Source: an uncultured Planctomycetales bacterium
GTDB lineage: Bacteria > Planctomycetota > Phycisphaerae > UBA1845 > JAFGLZ01
Assembly: GCA_964622545.1 (NCBI GenBank)
Contig: CAZUQM010000002.1
Coordinates: forward strand, 225,713-289,712
Reading direction: 5' to 3'
DNA: 64,000 nucleotides
Both the position numbers and the translations under genes were made by a program. Shown piece after piece: positions 54,957 to 64,000 of this stretch. Position 1 is the first letter of the stretch, and each line of letters begins with the position of its first letter. The notes under the pieces were generated by a model. That model saw only the letters and a list, made by a program, of their open reading frames with translations. It was not told the origin of the DNA and did no database searches.

Positions 54957-56051
54957 ATGCTCATGCTTGCCGAACGGGTGCACCGTCGGTCATGGAAGGG
55001 AAGGCAAGCGCATCGGTCCGAACGTCAGACGGGAGCCAACGGATTCACGCTGATCGAGCTGCTCGTCGTGGTGGCCATCATCGCGATGCTCATCTCGATC
55101 CTCTTGCCCTCGCTCTCGAAGGCCCGAGACCAGGCCAAACGCGTCCAGTGCCTGGCCAACCTCCAGCAGTTCGGCAGGGGCTTCCAGACCTACGCCAACG
55201 ACAACAACGACTATCTGTGCAGTGGTCAGGCCGACGGACGTCCGGGCACCAACTATCCGCTCGACGTGACCGACCCCACTATCATCGGGATCGATCGCGT
55301 GGGATGGATCGCCGACCTCGTGAAATACGACATTCCGGTCGGCACGATGCTCTGTCCCAGCAACTGGGGCAAGCAAACGCAGTCGTACGGACGCTATCCC
55401 GGCCTGACGCAGGAGAAGTACGAAGCGCTGATCCGCAAGGGCTACAACACCAACTACTGCCAGACCTGGTTCATGGCCCATACGGAGGTGGATCCCCAGG
55501 CGCTGCAGCTCTGTACGAAGAATCGCTGGCCCATCGCCAAAGACATCGCTTGGTGCGGGATGAGCCCGGCGCCGCTTCGGACCGACAAGGGCCCCCTGCG
55601 CTATGACCGCATGGGCAGCGCCGGACCGGCCTACGTGCCGCTCTTGGGAGACGGACGCGCCGACGGGGCCGACTACTTCCGGCAGTGGGGCTACGAGATC
55701 CGTGAAACCAAGTCGATGACCGACGCCGGCGCGCTCTGGCCCAACGACGAAGGCGGCTACGACACGACCTACGGCTACGGCCTGCGGTTCCCGTACTCCA
55801 TCCAGGACTACGACGACCTGGGCGTCGCACACGGCCGAGCACGGTTGTTCAACTTGGACAAACACCCCTTCACCCTCGGCAACATTCTCTTCGGCGACGG
55901 TCACGCCGAATCGTTCAAGGACAAGTACAACAAGGCAAACGGCGAGGAAGAGCCCGACGGGCAGTTGGACACGTTCGACCTGGAGGGCAAGGTCTTCGAT
56001 GGCGTTCTGAGTCTGGGCCGGCGCAGCGAGTCGCCATCGCGACTGGAGTAG
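54957..56051 (+). CDS. DUF1559 protein with a type IV pilin-like N-terminal cleavage/methylation signal
   Basis: [41 protein letters not shown] is the classic planctomycetal DUF1559 N-terminus. An alternative ATG at 54963 has better spacing from the GGAGG. Confidence 0.9.
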   Translation: MLMLAERVHRRSWKGRQAHRSERQTGANGFTLIELLVVVAIIAMLISILLPSLSKARDQAKRVQCLANLQQFGRGFQTYANDNNDYLCSGQADGRPGTNYPLDVTDPTIIGIDRVGWIADLVKYDIPVGTMLCPSNWGKQTQSYGRYPGLTQEKYEALIRKGYNTNYCQTWFMAHTEVDPQALQLCTKNRWPIAKDIAWCGMSPAPLRTDKGPLRYDRMGSAGPAYVPLLGDGRADGADYFRQWGYEIRETKSMTDAGALWPNDEGGYDTTYGYGLRFPYSIQDYDDLGVAHGRARLFNLDKHPFTLGNILFGDGHAESFKDKYNKANGEEEPDGQLDTFDLEGKVFDGVLSLGRRSESPSRLE

Positions 56052-56096
56052 CCGGCCGGACACCACAACCGATTGATCTCTGGAAGGAGGGATCCG

Positions 56097-57488
56097 ATGT
56101 CCACGCGATACCTGGCAGGTCTCATGATCGCAACCGCTTGGGTTGCCCCGGCAGCGGCGGCCGACCCCGACACGATCGAGCTGTTCGGGCAGGTCTACAA
56201 GGTGCAAAGGTTCGATTACTACGATGAGGTGAAGTTTGACGACCCCGCAGACCCCAACTTCGAGATCGCGCTCGTCGAGGCCGAGGCGGCCCACTACCTC
56301 GGCAACAACCAGCTCCTCTTGGGCTCCGATGAGATGGACGCCTTCTTGTCCTACCGGGATCACGTGGTCAAGGTGCAGCTCGATACCGACGCAACCGGCA
56401 TGATCACCGGGCTCAGCTACATCGAGCACGTCTTGGTCCTGGACTTCACGGGTCCCGGCAGCCGCGTCATCGGCCCGGCCGGCGTGACCGTGAACACCGG
56501 AACGGTGGGTTTGGCGGCCGGGGGTGACCTGCTCGTCGGAGGCAACGACGCCGAGAACGTCTACGGCACCCGCACGGACCCGAACGATCCGCTGGACCCC
56601 AACGCGGCCTACCTCGGCGAGTTCCCCATCATGCCGCACAACATCAACATCGAGGATCTCTGCTGGGTGCCGGACGCGAACGACCCCAACACCGGCGAGA
56701 TCTGGACCGTCGAGGATGACAACTACCAGATCGATATCTTCGACCCGAACGGCGTTTGGCTGCGCAACTTCCTGATCGCGGGGTCCGGCGATCCGAACAC
56801 CACGGGCGAAGGCAAGGGCGTAACGTACCTGCCCGACGTCATAACCTACCCCTCCATGTTCCAGGGACTGGGCGGCGTGGTGATGGTCTCGCTCGACGAT
56901 GAAGGGCCGGGTTTGCAGGTCTTCGACCGGGACGGCACCCAGATCGCCCTCGAGCCGCTGACCGACGACGGCACGTCCAGCGGGAACCCGCTGCTCGATC
57001 CCGGCGCCCAGAGCTTGCAGCTCGAGAGCATCGCCACCGACCCCATGACCGGTCGGCTCATCCTCGTCCAGCAGGGCCATTGGGATGAGGACATCGACGA
57101 CACGAACTACCTCTGGATCCTCTCCCCGATCCGGAGCCTCGACCTGTCGCTGGTCAATCCCGACTACGGGACCGTCGCGATCAGTCCCGACCCCAACGAT
57201 GCCAACGCCCCGGCTTACCCGGCCGGCACCATCGTCACGATGACGGCCGAGCCAAACGAAACGCGGTCGTTCCATAAGTGGGTCGTCTACGACCCGAACT
57301 TCCCCGGCGACGCCAACTACGCGACCGAGGACTCGAACACCGTCATCGAGATCACCCTGAACGCCGACATGCAGGTCGAGGCCCATTTCAAGTGCGGCAG
57401 CGGTGTCGAGGTGATGCTGCCGTGCATGCTCGTCGGTCTGTTCGTGTGCAGCTTCGTCGCCTCGCGGCGGCTACGGGAACGAAGGTAG
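56097..57488 (+). CDS. secreted surface protein, paralogue A (DPN-rich propeller-like region, InlB-B-repeat-like module, Cys-Gly/TM/Arg tail)
   Basis: GGAAGGAGGG RBS. Signal peptide MSTRYLAGLMIATAWVAPAAAA. The C-terminal module is YGTVAISPDPNDANAPAYPAGTIVTMTAEPNETRSFHKWVVYD...MQVEAHF. The tail is KCGSGVEVMLPCMLVGLFVCSFVASRRLRERR. Confidence 0.85.
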   Translation: MSTRYLAGLMIATAWVAPAAAADPDTIELFGQVYKVQRFDYYDEVKFDDPADPNFEIALVEAEAAHYLGNNQLLLGSDEMDAFLSYRDHVVKVQLDTDATGMITGLSYIEHVLVLDFTGPGSRVIGPAGVTVNTGTVGLAAGGDLLVGGNDAENVYGTRTDPNDPLDPNAAYLGEFPIMPHNINIEDLCWVPDANDPNTGEIWTVEDDNYQIDIFDPNGVWLRNFLIAGSGDPNTTGEGKGVTYLPDVITYPSMFQGLGGVVMVSLDDEGPGLQVFDRDGTQIALEPLTDDGTSSGNPLLDPGAQSLQLESIATDPMTGRLILVQQGHWDEDIDDTNYLWILSPIRSLDLSLVNPDYGTVAISPDPNDANAPAYPAGTIVTMTAEPNETRSFHKWVVYDPNFPGDANYATEDSNTVIEITLNADMQVEAHFKCGSGVEVMLPCMLVGLFVCSFVASRRLRERR

Positions 57489-57619
57489 CCGGGGAGAGCA
57501 GACGAACCGGTTGAGGACGATTCGTTCGGTTGCCCCGTATCCCAGCGGCAACGCCGGGAGGGCGACAGCGCGTCCTCTTCTGCGGCAGAGGTGATGCAAC
57601 CAGAAAAGGAGTGATGTCC

Positions 57620-59029
57620 ATGACGACGAAAGCCGTGCTGTACGGTCTCTTCATCAGCGGGTTGATCGCGGGTATGGCCACGGCGGCCGATCCGGACACG
57701 ATCGAGCTGTTCGGCCAGGTCTACAAGGTCCAGCGCTTCGATTACTTCGACGAGGTGAGATACCCCGACCCGATCGACCCAAACTACGAGGTCGGTCTTA
57801 TCGAGGTCGAGGGCGCCCACTACCTCGGCAACAACCGTCTGCTGATGACGACCGATGAGATGGACGCCTTCCTCAGCTACAAGAACCATATCGTCGAGGT
57901 CCAGTTGGACACCGACGCCTCCGGCACGATCACGGGCCTCAGCTACGTCGGACTCCGCGTCCTGAACGATCCGGACGATCCCAACCTCGGCGGCTTCGAC
58001 CTCGACCCGGGCGGGGTCACGATCAATACCAGTGCCGATCCCAACGATCTGGCCTACGGCGGTGATCTGCTGTTCTCGGACACCGAGATCGACGTGATCC
58101 GCGGCTACCTGGCCGAGCCGAACGACATCTACAACCACGCCGAGAACCTCCTGGGAACGTGGGACTGCAAGCCGCAGAACTCCGACCCGGAGGACCTGGA
58201 GTACGTCCCCGACCCGAACGACCCCAACCGCGGCGAGCTCTTCACCGTGTACCAAGGCGACAACTACGAATCGGTCGAGATCTTCAAGGCCGACGGCACG
58301 TGGATTCGCCGGTTCTTCATCGGCAAGACCTACGCGAGCGATCCGACCCGCGGCGACCCCAAGGGCATCGTCTACCTGCCCGACGAGTCGACCTTCCCGA
58401 CCATGTTCCACGGCCTGGGCGGCGTGGTCCTGATCGCGCTCGACGATGTCGGGCCGGGGCTCGAGGCCTACAAGATCGACGCCGCCGACGCCAATCAGAT
58501 ATCGCACGAGCCGCTGGAGGACCCCAACGGCGACCCGCTGCTCGACCCAGGTAACGACTACGCTATGCAGCTCGAGTCCCTCGCGGCCGACCCGGCTACC
58601 GGTCGGCTGTTCCTCGTCCAGCAGGGCGATTGGTCGGGCCTCAGTCTCTACGACTCCATGTACATGTGGGTCCTCTCGCCGATCCGCGGCCTCGACCTGT
58701 CGATCAACAAGACGGACTACGGTACCGTCGCGATCAGCCCCGACCCCAACGATGCGAACGCCCCGGCATACCCGGCCGGCACGATCGTCACCCTGACGGC
58801 CGAGCCGAACGAGACCCGGTCGTTCAACAAGTGGGTCGTCTACGACCCGAACTTCCCCGGCGACGCCAACTACGCGACCGAGGACACGAACACCGTCATC
58901 TCGGTCGTGCTCAACACCGATATGCAGGTCGAGGCGCATTTCAAGTGCGGCAGCGGCGTCGAGCTTGCCCTGCCCTTGCTGCTCGTCACCGCCGCATGGA
59001 CGGCCTCGTTGATTCGCCGCCGGAGGTGA
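57620..59029 (+). CDS. secreted surface protein, paralogue B
   Basis: AAGGAG RBS 8 nt before ATG 57620 (ATG 57614 is also possible). MTTKAVLYGLFISGLIAGMATAADPDTIELFGQVYKVQRFDY.. parallels paralogue A. The tail is KCGSGVELALPLLLVTAAWTASLIRRRR. Confidence 0.85.
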   Translation: MTTKAVLYGLFISGLIAGMATAADPDTIELFGQVYKVQRFDYFDEVRYPDPIDPNYEVGLIEVEGAHYLGNNRLLMTTDEMDAFLSYKNHIVEVQLDTDASGTITGLSYVGLRVLNDPDDPNLGGFDLDPGGVTINTSADPNDLAYGGDLLFSDTEIDVIRGYLAEPNDIYNHAENLLGTWDCKPQNSDPEDLEYVPDPNDPNRGELFTVYQGDNYESVEIFKADGTWIRRFFIGKTYASDPTRGDPKGIVYLPDESTFPTMFHGLGGVVLIALDDVGPGLEAYKIDAADANQISHEPLEDPNGDPLLDPGNDYAMQLESLAADPATGRLFLVQQGDWSGLSLYDSMYMWVLSPIRGLDLSINKTDYGTVAISPDPNDANAPAYPAGTIVTLTAEPNETRSFNKWVVYDPNFPGDANYATEDTNTVISVVLNTDMQVEAHFKCGSGVELALPLLLVTAAWTASLIRRRR

Positions 59030-59070
59030 GGGGGACCAGCGCCGGGACCAAGACCTGTGTCCAGGTGAAC

Positions 59071-59107
59071 GAGCCCCTGGCCCACAAGGCCGGGGGCTCG
59101 CTTTCTT
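59071..59107 (+). terminator. rho-independent terminator after paralogue B
   Basis: 12-bp stem GAGCCCCTGGCC(CACAA)GGCCGGGGGCTC at 59071-59099, followed by GCTTTCTTG. Confidence 0.6.
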
Positions 59108-59173
59108 GACGGGATCGGTTTCCTCGGGACAAGCGCGCGTCAAGGCACGGTTCAGAGACCTCACCCGCCGGTC

Positions 59174-60577
59174 TCAGTCGAGCTCGAAGGCCTCGCCCGG
59201 CTCCGGGATGCTGACCCGGACGAAGCCCGACTCGGTCATCGTCTTCCGCAAGGCCTCCGATTGATCCGGCTCCCCGTGGACGAGGAACGCGTGGCGGCAC
59301 GCCTGAGCGACCGGCGCGGTGAGCTGGCGCAGCTCCTCGGCGTCGGCGTGGCTGCTGTAGCCGTTGAGCACCCGCACCTCGGCCTTGACCGGATACATCT
59401 TGCCGAAGATCTTGACCTTGTCGACCTTCTCGACGAGCCGGCGGCCGAGGGTGTGCTGGGCCTGGAACCCCACGATCAGGACCGTGTTCTTGGGCTTGGT
59501 GATGTTGTTCTTGAGGTGGTGCAAAATCCGGCCGAACTCGCACATCCCGCTGGCCGAGATGATCACGCAGGGCCTGCGGCGGTTGTGCAGGTCCTTCGAT
59601 TCCTCCACGTCTCGGATGTAGCGGCAGCAGCCGTTCCCGAGCATATCGCCGGTCTCGTTGTCGAACGTCCGCGCGTCGGTGTCGTAACACTCCGGATGCA
59701 GCCGGAAGACCTCGGTGGCGTTGACGGCCAGGGGGCTGTCGACGTAGACCGGTAGGTGCTCGAGCATCCCCTCGGCGAAGAGCTGGTGGAGGTTGTAGAC
59801 GATCGTCTGCGTCCGGCCGACGCTGAAGGAGGGGATGATCACCTTGCCGCCCCGGGCGACGGTCCGCTGGACGATCTCGGCGAGCTTCTCCCGCATGTCC
59901 GGCACCGGATCGGTCCGCCGACCGCCGTAGGTGCTCTCGCAGATGAGGTAGTCGCAGTCCGGCACGCGGCTCGGGTCCCGCAGGATCGGCACGCCGAACC
60001 GGCCGATGTCGCCGGTGTAGGCCAGCGTCCGCGTCGTCCCGCCCGGCAACTGCATCTGGAGCTCGACGATGGCCGAGCCCAGCATGTGGCCCGCATCGAC
60101 AAAGCGGACCTGGATGTTCGGCGCGATGAAGAACTGCCGCCCGTAGGGGATGCCGAACATCTGCTCGACGGCCTGGACGGCGTTGTCGCGGACGTACAGC
60201 GGCTCGATGGGCTCCTCGCCGTTGCGGGCGTGCTTGCGGTTCCAGTAGGCGGCATCCTCCTCCTGGATGTGGGCCGCATCGGCCAGCATGACCGCCCCGA
60301 GGTCGCGACTGGCGGGCGTGGTGTAGATCGGCCCGGTGAAGCCCTCCTTGATCAGCCGCGGAAGGCGCCCGGAATGGTCGATGTGTGCGTGCGACAGCAC
60401 GACCGCGTCGATGCTCGTGGCGTCGCAGGGCAGGTGCAGGTTCTTCTCGCGCGACTCGGCCCGGCGGCCCTGGAACATGCCGCAATCGAGCGCAATGCGT
60501 GTGCCGTTGACGTCGAGCAGGTGCATGGAGCCGGTGACCTCGCCGGCCGCCCCGTGAAACGTGAGTGTTGGCATCAT
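59174..60577 (-). CDS. MBL-fold beta-CASP family ribonuclease-like hydrolase
   Basis: LDCGMFQG, the HAHIDHSG metallo-beta-lactamase motif and a beta-CASP middle region. The C-terminus has GYSSHAD and VHGE. Confidence 0.88.
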   Translation of the reverse strand: MMPTLTFHGAAGEVTGSMHLLDVNGTRIALDCGMFQGRRAESREKNLHLPCDATSIDAVVLSHAHIDHSGRLPRLIKEGFTGPIYTTPASRDLGAVMLADAAHIQEEDAAYWNRKHARNGEEPIEPLYVRDNAVQAVEQMFGIPYGRQFFIAPNIQVRFVDAGHMLGSAIVELQMQLPGGTTRTLAYTGDIGRFGVPILRDPSRVPDCDYLICESTYGGRRTDPVPDMREKLAEIVQRTVARGGKVIIPSFSVGRTQTIVYNLHQLFAEGMLEHLPVYVDSPLAVNATEVFRLHPECYDTDARTFDNETGDMLGNGCCRYIRDVEESKDLHNRRRPCVIISASGMCEFGRILHHLKNNITKPKNTVLIVGFQAQHTLGRRLVEKVDKVKIFGKMYPVKAEVRVLNGYSSHADAEELRQLTAPVAQACRHAFLVHGEPDQSEALRKTMTESGFVRVSIPEPGEAFELD

Positions 60578-60860
60578 ACTCCCTTGATCGGTCTGGACAG
60601 GTAGGCGTCTTGCATCCCATCGCCGATTCTAATGGGTGAGGCGCTAGGTCGCCAGGTCGGGGCAGTCTCACGGAGGGACGCGGAAAACCGCGACGCCCCG
60701 TCCAGGCGCCCCGGCCTCCCTCCGGACGCCTCAGGCCCGCGCCCCGAAGCTCCGAGCACGATGTCATCTCATTGGCACTCAATTACCTTGACATTTCCGC
60801 GCGCGTCCGCGATACATAGGACTCGCGAGCCGCAGTTTCGGTTGCGTCCCGATACATCCC

Positions 60861-61571
60861 ATGTCGGGGCCTGAGCAAGACCCCTGGCGGGAATCCGGCG
60901 ACCGAGAGGACAGGGCTTCGGTGGAACCCTTCGTCTTCCCAAAGTGGACCAACGCGGCCATCAAGGCGGCACCGATCGCAGCCGGTGCGGTCCTGACCTA
61001 CGTGGCCGTGGTCTTCGCCCTCGCCGCCTCGCCAAAAACGACCGACGTCGGCTACCAGCCCGAACAACCACTGGAGTACAGCCACCGCCAGCACGCCGGC
61101 GAGCTCGGCATCGACTGCCGCTACTGCCACACCACCGTCGAGCACACCGCCCATGCGGTCGTCCCGCCGACCCAGACGTGCATGAACTGCCACAAACACA
61201 TCCGCGGCAACAGCGAGAAGCTGCTCGGCGTCCGCGAGAGCTACGGCTCGGGCAAGCCCATACCGTGGATTCGCGTCCACGACCTGCCCGGCTACGCCTA
61301 CTTCAACCATAGCGCGCACGTCCGGCGCGGCGTCGGCTGCGTCTCATGCCACGGCCGGATCGACAAGATGGACGTCGTCTACCAGGACCAGACGCTGAGC
61401 ATGGGCTGGTGTCTCGACTGCCATCGCAAACCGGAGGCCCACCTGCGGCCCGTGGCGTACATCACGAAACTCGATTGGGTAGCCGACAAGGACCAGCTCG
61501 AGCTCGGACGTGAGCTGAAAGAGACATACCAGATTAACCCATCGGAAGACTGCTCGACATGCCACCGCTAG
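60861..61571 (+). CDS. actA: alternative complex III pentahaem cytochrome c subunit
   Basis: An N-terminal TM helix and five CxxCH motifs (CRYCH, CMNCH, CVSCH, CLDCH, CSTCH). It sits immediately upstream of, and overlaps, the Tat-signal molybdopterin-like subunit gene. Confidence 0.85.
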   Translation: MSGPEQDPWRESGDREDRASVEPFVFPKWTNAAIKAAPIAAGAVLTYVAVVFALAASPKTTDVGYQPEQPLEYSHRQHAGELGIDCRYCHTTVEHTAHAVVPPTQTCMNCHKHIRGNSEKLLGVRESYGSGKPIPWIRVHDLPGYAYFNHSAHVRRGVGCVSCHGRIDKMDVVYQDQTLSMGWCLDCHRKPEAHLRPVAYITKLDWVADKDQLELGRELKETYQINPSEDCSTCHR

Positions 61572-64000
61572 GCCCGGACAACTCGGATCGCCGCTACTGG
61601 CGGAGTCTGGACGACCTCGCCCAAACGCCCGAGTTCCGCGCGCTGGCCGAGCAGGAGTTCCCCGGCGGGGCCTGGGACCGACTCGACGAGCCGTCGCGGC
61701 GGCAGTTCCTGAAGATGATGGCTGCCTCGCTCGCCCTGGCCGGCATGGTCGGCTGTCGCTGGCCCAAGGAAGAGATCCTGCCTTACGCCTATCGTCCCGC
61801 GCGCCGCACACCGGGTGTGCCCGAGCATTACGCCACGGCTATGGAATTAGGCGGCGTGGCCACGGGCCTGCTCGTGACCAGCTACGACGGCCGACCGATC
61901 AAGATCGAGGGCAACCCGTCGCATCCGTATAGCCTCGGCGGCACGAGCGCGATCCACCAGGCCAGCATCCTCGACCTGTACGATCCCGACCGCAGCCGGA
62001 CCGTCGTCCGACGCGAGGGCGGCCAGACCATTAAGCATGGCTGGTCGGAGTTCGAGGCCTTCGCCAAGCCGCACCTGGCCGAGCTCCGCAAGCGTAAAGG
62101 CAAAGGGCTGGCGATCCTCAGCGAGGCAACCTCATCGCCCAGTGTAGCCGACCAACGCCGCCGGCTGGCCAAGACCATGCCCCAGGCGCGGTGGTTCGAG
62201 TACGAACCGGTCTCGTGGGATAACGAGCGCGAGGCGTTCAAGACGGCATTCGGCAAGCCCTGCCGGGTTGAGGCCCACCTCGACCAGGCCGACGTGATCG
62301 TCTGTTTCGGTGCCGATCCGCTGATGAACCACCCAGCCTCGCTGCGCCACGCACGCGATTTCGCCAAGGGACGTCGCGGCACGAACTTCAAGATGAACCG
62401 GTTGTACGTGGTCGAGTCGGGTCAATCGGTGACGGGCTCGATGGCGGATCATCGGCTGGCCGTGCCGCCGTCGCGAACCCGGGCCGTTGCATATGGTCTT
62501 CTCGAAGAGGTAGCTCGACTTGATCCAGAGTGGCAGACCCTCGAGAAAGAGATGCATCAGGCGTTCGCCAACGCGGGCAAGACCCTATTGCGTACGTTGG
62601 GGGTCCGGGTTCCAAAGGGCACCAAGCCGGGCCGATCGGAGAAGCCTGAGGCGAAGCAGTCAAAGCCATTCGCCCTTCTGCCGGAGGAGGCATCGTTCGT
62701 CACGGCGCTGGCCAAAGACATGATCCGCCACAGAGATCGGTGTCTCGTCCTGGCCGGACCGCAGCAACCGCCGGACATCCACGTCGTTTCCTGTCTTCTG
62801 CTGCAGATCCCGCTGAGCAAGGGCAAATCGCGATTAGAGTCGCTGGTCACATTGCGGGAAACACCCGACACTGACCGCCCCACGCACGTTCAGGCCATCA
62901 AGGACCTGACCGCGGCGATGGCGAAGAGCGAGGTCGACACGCTGCTGATCCTCGGCGGCAACCCGGTCTACGACGCACCCGCCGACGTCGACTTCGCCGG
63001 CGCGCTGACGAAGGTCAAGACCAGCATCCACCTGAGCCTCTACGACGACGAGACCTCGGCCGCGTGCACGTGGCACGTTCCGCGAGCGCACTATCTCGAA
63101 TCGTGGGCCGACGCCCGAGCTTGGGACGGCACGGTCAGCATCGTCCAGCCGCTCATTGCGCCGCTCTACGACGGTAAGACGCCGGCCGAGCTGCTTGCGC
63201 TGACCACCGGCGACAAGCTGACGGACGCCTACGCCATCACGCGCCGCACGTTCCAGCAGCTCACCAAGCCGAAGGACCTCGAGCAAGCGTGGCGCACGGC
63301 CCTGCACGAAGGCGTCGTGGCCAACACGGCCTGGCCCGTCCTTGATCCCGACGCCAAACGCGAGCCGGCTGAACCCAGCGAACTCGAATCGATCTCCGTC
63401 AAGCCCGAGGAACCGGCGGCGGACGACATCCAGGTCACGTTCAACGCCGACCACAGCGTCTACGACGGCCGGTTCGCCGGCAACGGTTGGCTCCAGGAAT
63501 GGCCCGACCCGCTGACGAAGCTGACGTGGGACAACGCGGCCGTCATGAGCCCCAAGATGGCCCACGACCTCGGCGTGCACGACGGCGACTGGGTCGAGGT
63601 GACCGTCGGCGAGCGCTCGGTCAAGCTGCCCGCGTTCATCCTGCCCGGCCAGGCCGACAAGACGATCGCGCTCGCGCTGGGTTACGGGCGCCGCCGCGCC
63701 GGCACGATCGGCACGGGCGCGGGCGTCGACGTCTATCCGTTGCGGACCTCGACGACCATGCACCTCGCGACCGGCGCGAAGGTCGCGCGGACGACCGGCC
63801 CGGACGGGGCCCGCTCGATGAAGCTGGCCACGACGCAGAATCAGCACCCCGTCACCGAGGTCACCAGCAACGAGAAACGCCGCCGCATCAGGAAGCTGAT
63901 CCGCGAGGCCGACCTGAGCTACTACAAGGCCCATCCGGAGTTCGCCGAGCACCTCGAGCACCATCCGCCGTTGAAGTCGCTCTGGCCCGAACACGAGTAC
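61559..64000 (+). CDS. actB: alternative complex III molybdopterin-oxidoreductase-like/FeS subunit (3' end beyond the window)
   Basis: Not in the ORF track because no stop is reached. ATG 61559 gives [35 protein letters not shown]...SRRQFLKMMAASLALAG (Tat signal), then ..LLVTSYDGRPIKIEGNPSHPYSLGGTSAIHQASILDLYDPDRS. The frame stays open for 814 codons to nt 64000. Confidence 0.85.
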   Translation, partial: MPPLGPDNSDRRYWRSLDDLAQTPEFRALAEQEFPGGAWDRLDEPSRRQFLKMMAASLALAGMVGCRWPKEEILPYAYRPARRTPGVPEHYATAMELGGVATGLLVTSYDGRPIKIEGNPSHPYSLGGTSAIHQASILDLYDPDRSRTVVRREGGQTIKHGWSEFEAFAKPHLAELRKRKGKGLAILSEATSSPSVADQRRRLAKTMPQARWFEYEPVSWDNEREAFKTAFGKPCRVEAHLDQADVIVCFGADPLMNHPASLRHARDFAKGRRGTNFKMNRLYVVESGQSVTGSMADHRLAVPPSRTRAVAYGLLEEVARLDPEWQTLEKEMHQAFANAGKTLLRTLGVRVPKGTKPGRSEKPEAKQSKPFALLPEEASFVTALAKDMIRHRDRCLVLAGPQQPPDIHVVSCLLLQIPLSKGKSRLESLVTLRETPDTDRPTHVQAIKDLTAAMAKSEVDTLLILGGNPVYDAPADVDFAGALTKVKTSIHLSLYDDETSAACTWHVPRAHYLESWADARAWDGTVSIVQPLIAPLYDGKTPAELLALTTGDKLTDAYAITRRTFQQLTKPKDLEQAWRTALHEGVVANTAWPVLDPDAKREPAEPSELESISVKPEEPAADDIQVTFNADHSVYDGRFAGNGWLQEWPDPLTKLTWDNAAVMSPKMAHDLGVHDGDWVEVTVGERSVKLPAFILPGQADKTIALALGYGRRRAGTIGTGAGVDVYPLRTSTTMHLATGAKVARTTGPDGARSMKLATTQNQHPVTEVTSNEKRRRIRKLIREADLSYYKAHPEFAEHLEHHPPLKSLWPEHEY

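Noticed and set aside
54990-59164. Two very long minus-strand ORFs (54990..57386, 798 aa; 57317..59164, 615 aa)
   Set aside because: They run antisense to the DUF1559 gene and the two paralogous surface-protein genes. Those plus-strand genes have RBSs, signal peptides, recognisable domains and terminators. The minus-strand translations are low-complexity (V/D/G/R).
60788-60820. TTGACA upstream of actA as a promoter
   Set aside because: No acceptable -10 hexamer lies at 16-18 nt spacing (GATACA/ATACAT only), so it is not reported as a feature.
62780-62880. Locally lower-GC patch in actB (..LLLQIPLSKGKSRLESLV..) as a possible frameshift or insertion
   Set aside because: The frame stays open and the Q...GK[ST] pattern fits the region expected in this subunit family. 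I see no evidence of disruption.

Overview
High-G+C chromosomal segment. The gene content points to a Planctomycetota (Phycisphaerae-like) genome: a DUF1559 prepilin-type protein, a PEP-CTERM protein, three DUF1080 paralogues, a sulfatase, Tat-exported Gfo/Idh/MocA oxidoreductases and alternative complex III. I call about 40 CDS. Housekeeping genes are alaS (5'-truncated), sdaA, asnB, ilvE, lysS, a Cys/Met PLP enzyme and actA/actB (actB runs off the 3' edge). Between them lie many secreted, lipoprotein or surface proteins. I recognised no rRNA, tRNA, CRISPR array, transposase or integrase. Many long ORFs in the track are antisense 'shadow' ORFs typical of high-GC DNA and were not called. Most notable observations: (1) A lower-GC islet (about 16.57-18.71 kb) holds a co-directional pair, a YwgA/Panacea-like small protein and a SAMHD1-type HD phosphohydrolase. 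Both are interrupted, by two in-frame TAG codons and one frameshift. I read it as a decaying, horizontally acquired, defence/TA-like two-gene module. (2) Two families of CTAG-bounded, highly structured MITE-like elements are stacked between DUF1080 paralogues and recur elsewhere. Their terminal CTAG doubles as the stop codon of two genes, and their core motif occurs in-frame inside a DUF763 gene. (3) Three secreted proteins share a non-PEP C-terminal tail (Cys-Gly motif, hydrophobic helix, Arg cluster) next to a canonical PEP-CTERM protein. (4) A 1230-aa FtsX-type permease carries an extra polytopic N-terminal half of about 550 aa and is tightly packed between lysS and a LolD-like ATPase. All functional calls rest on motif recognition by eye; no database search was possible.
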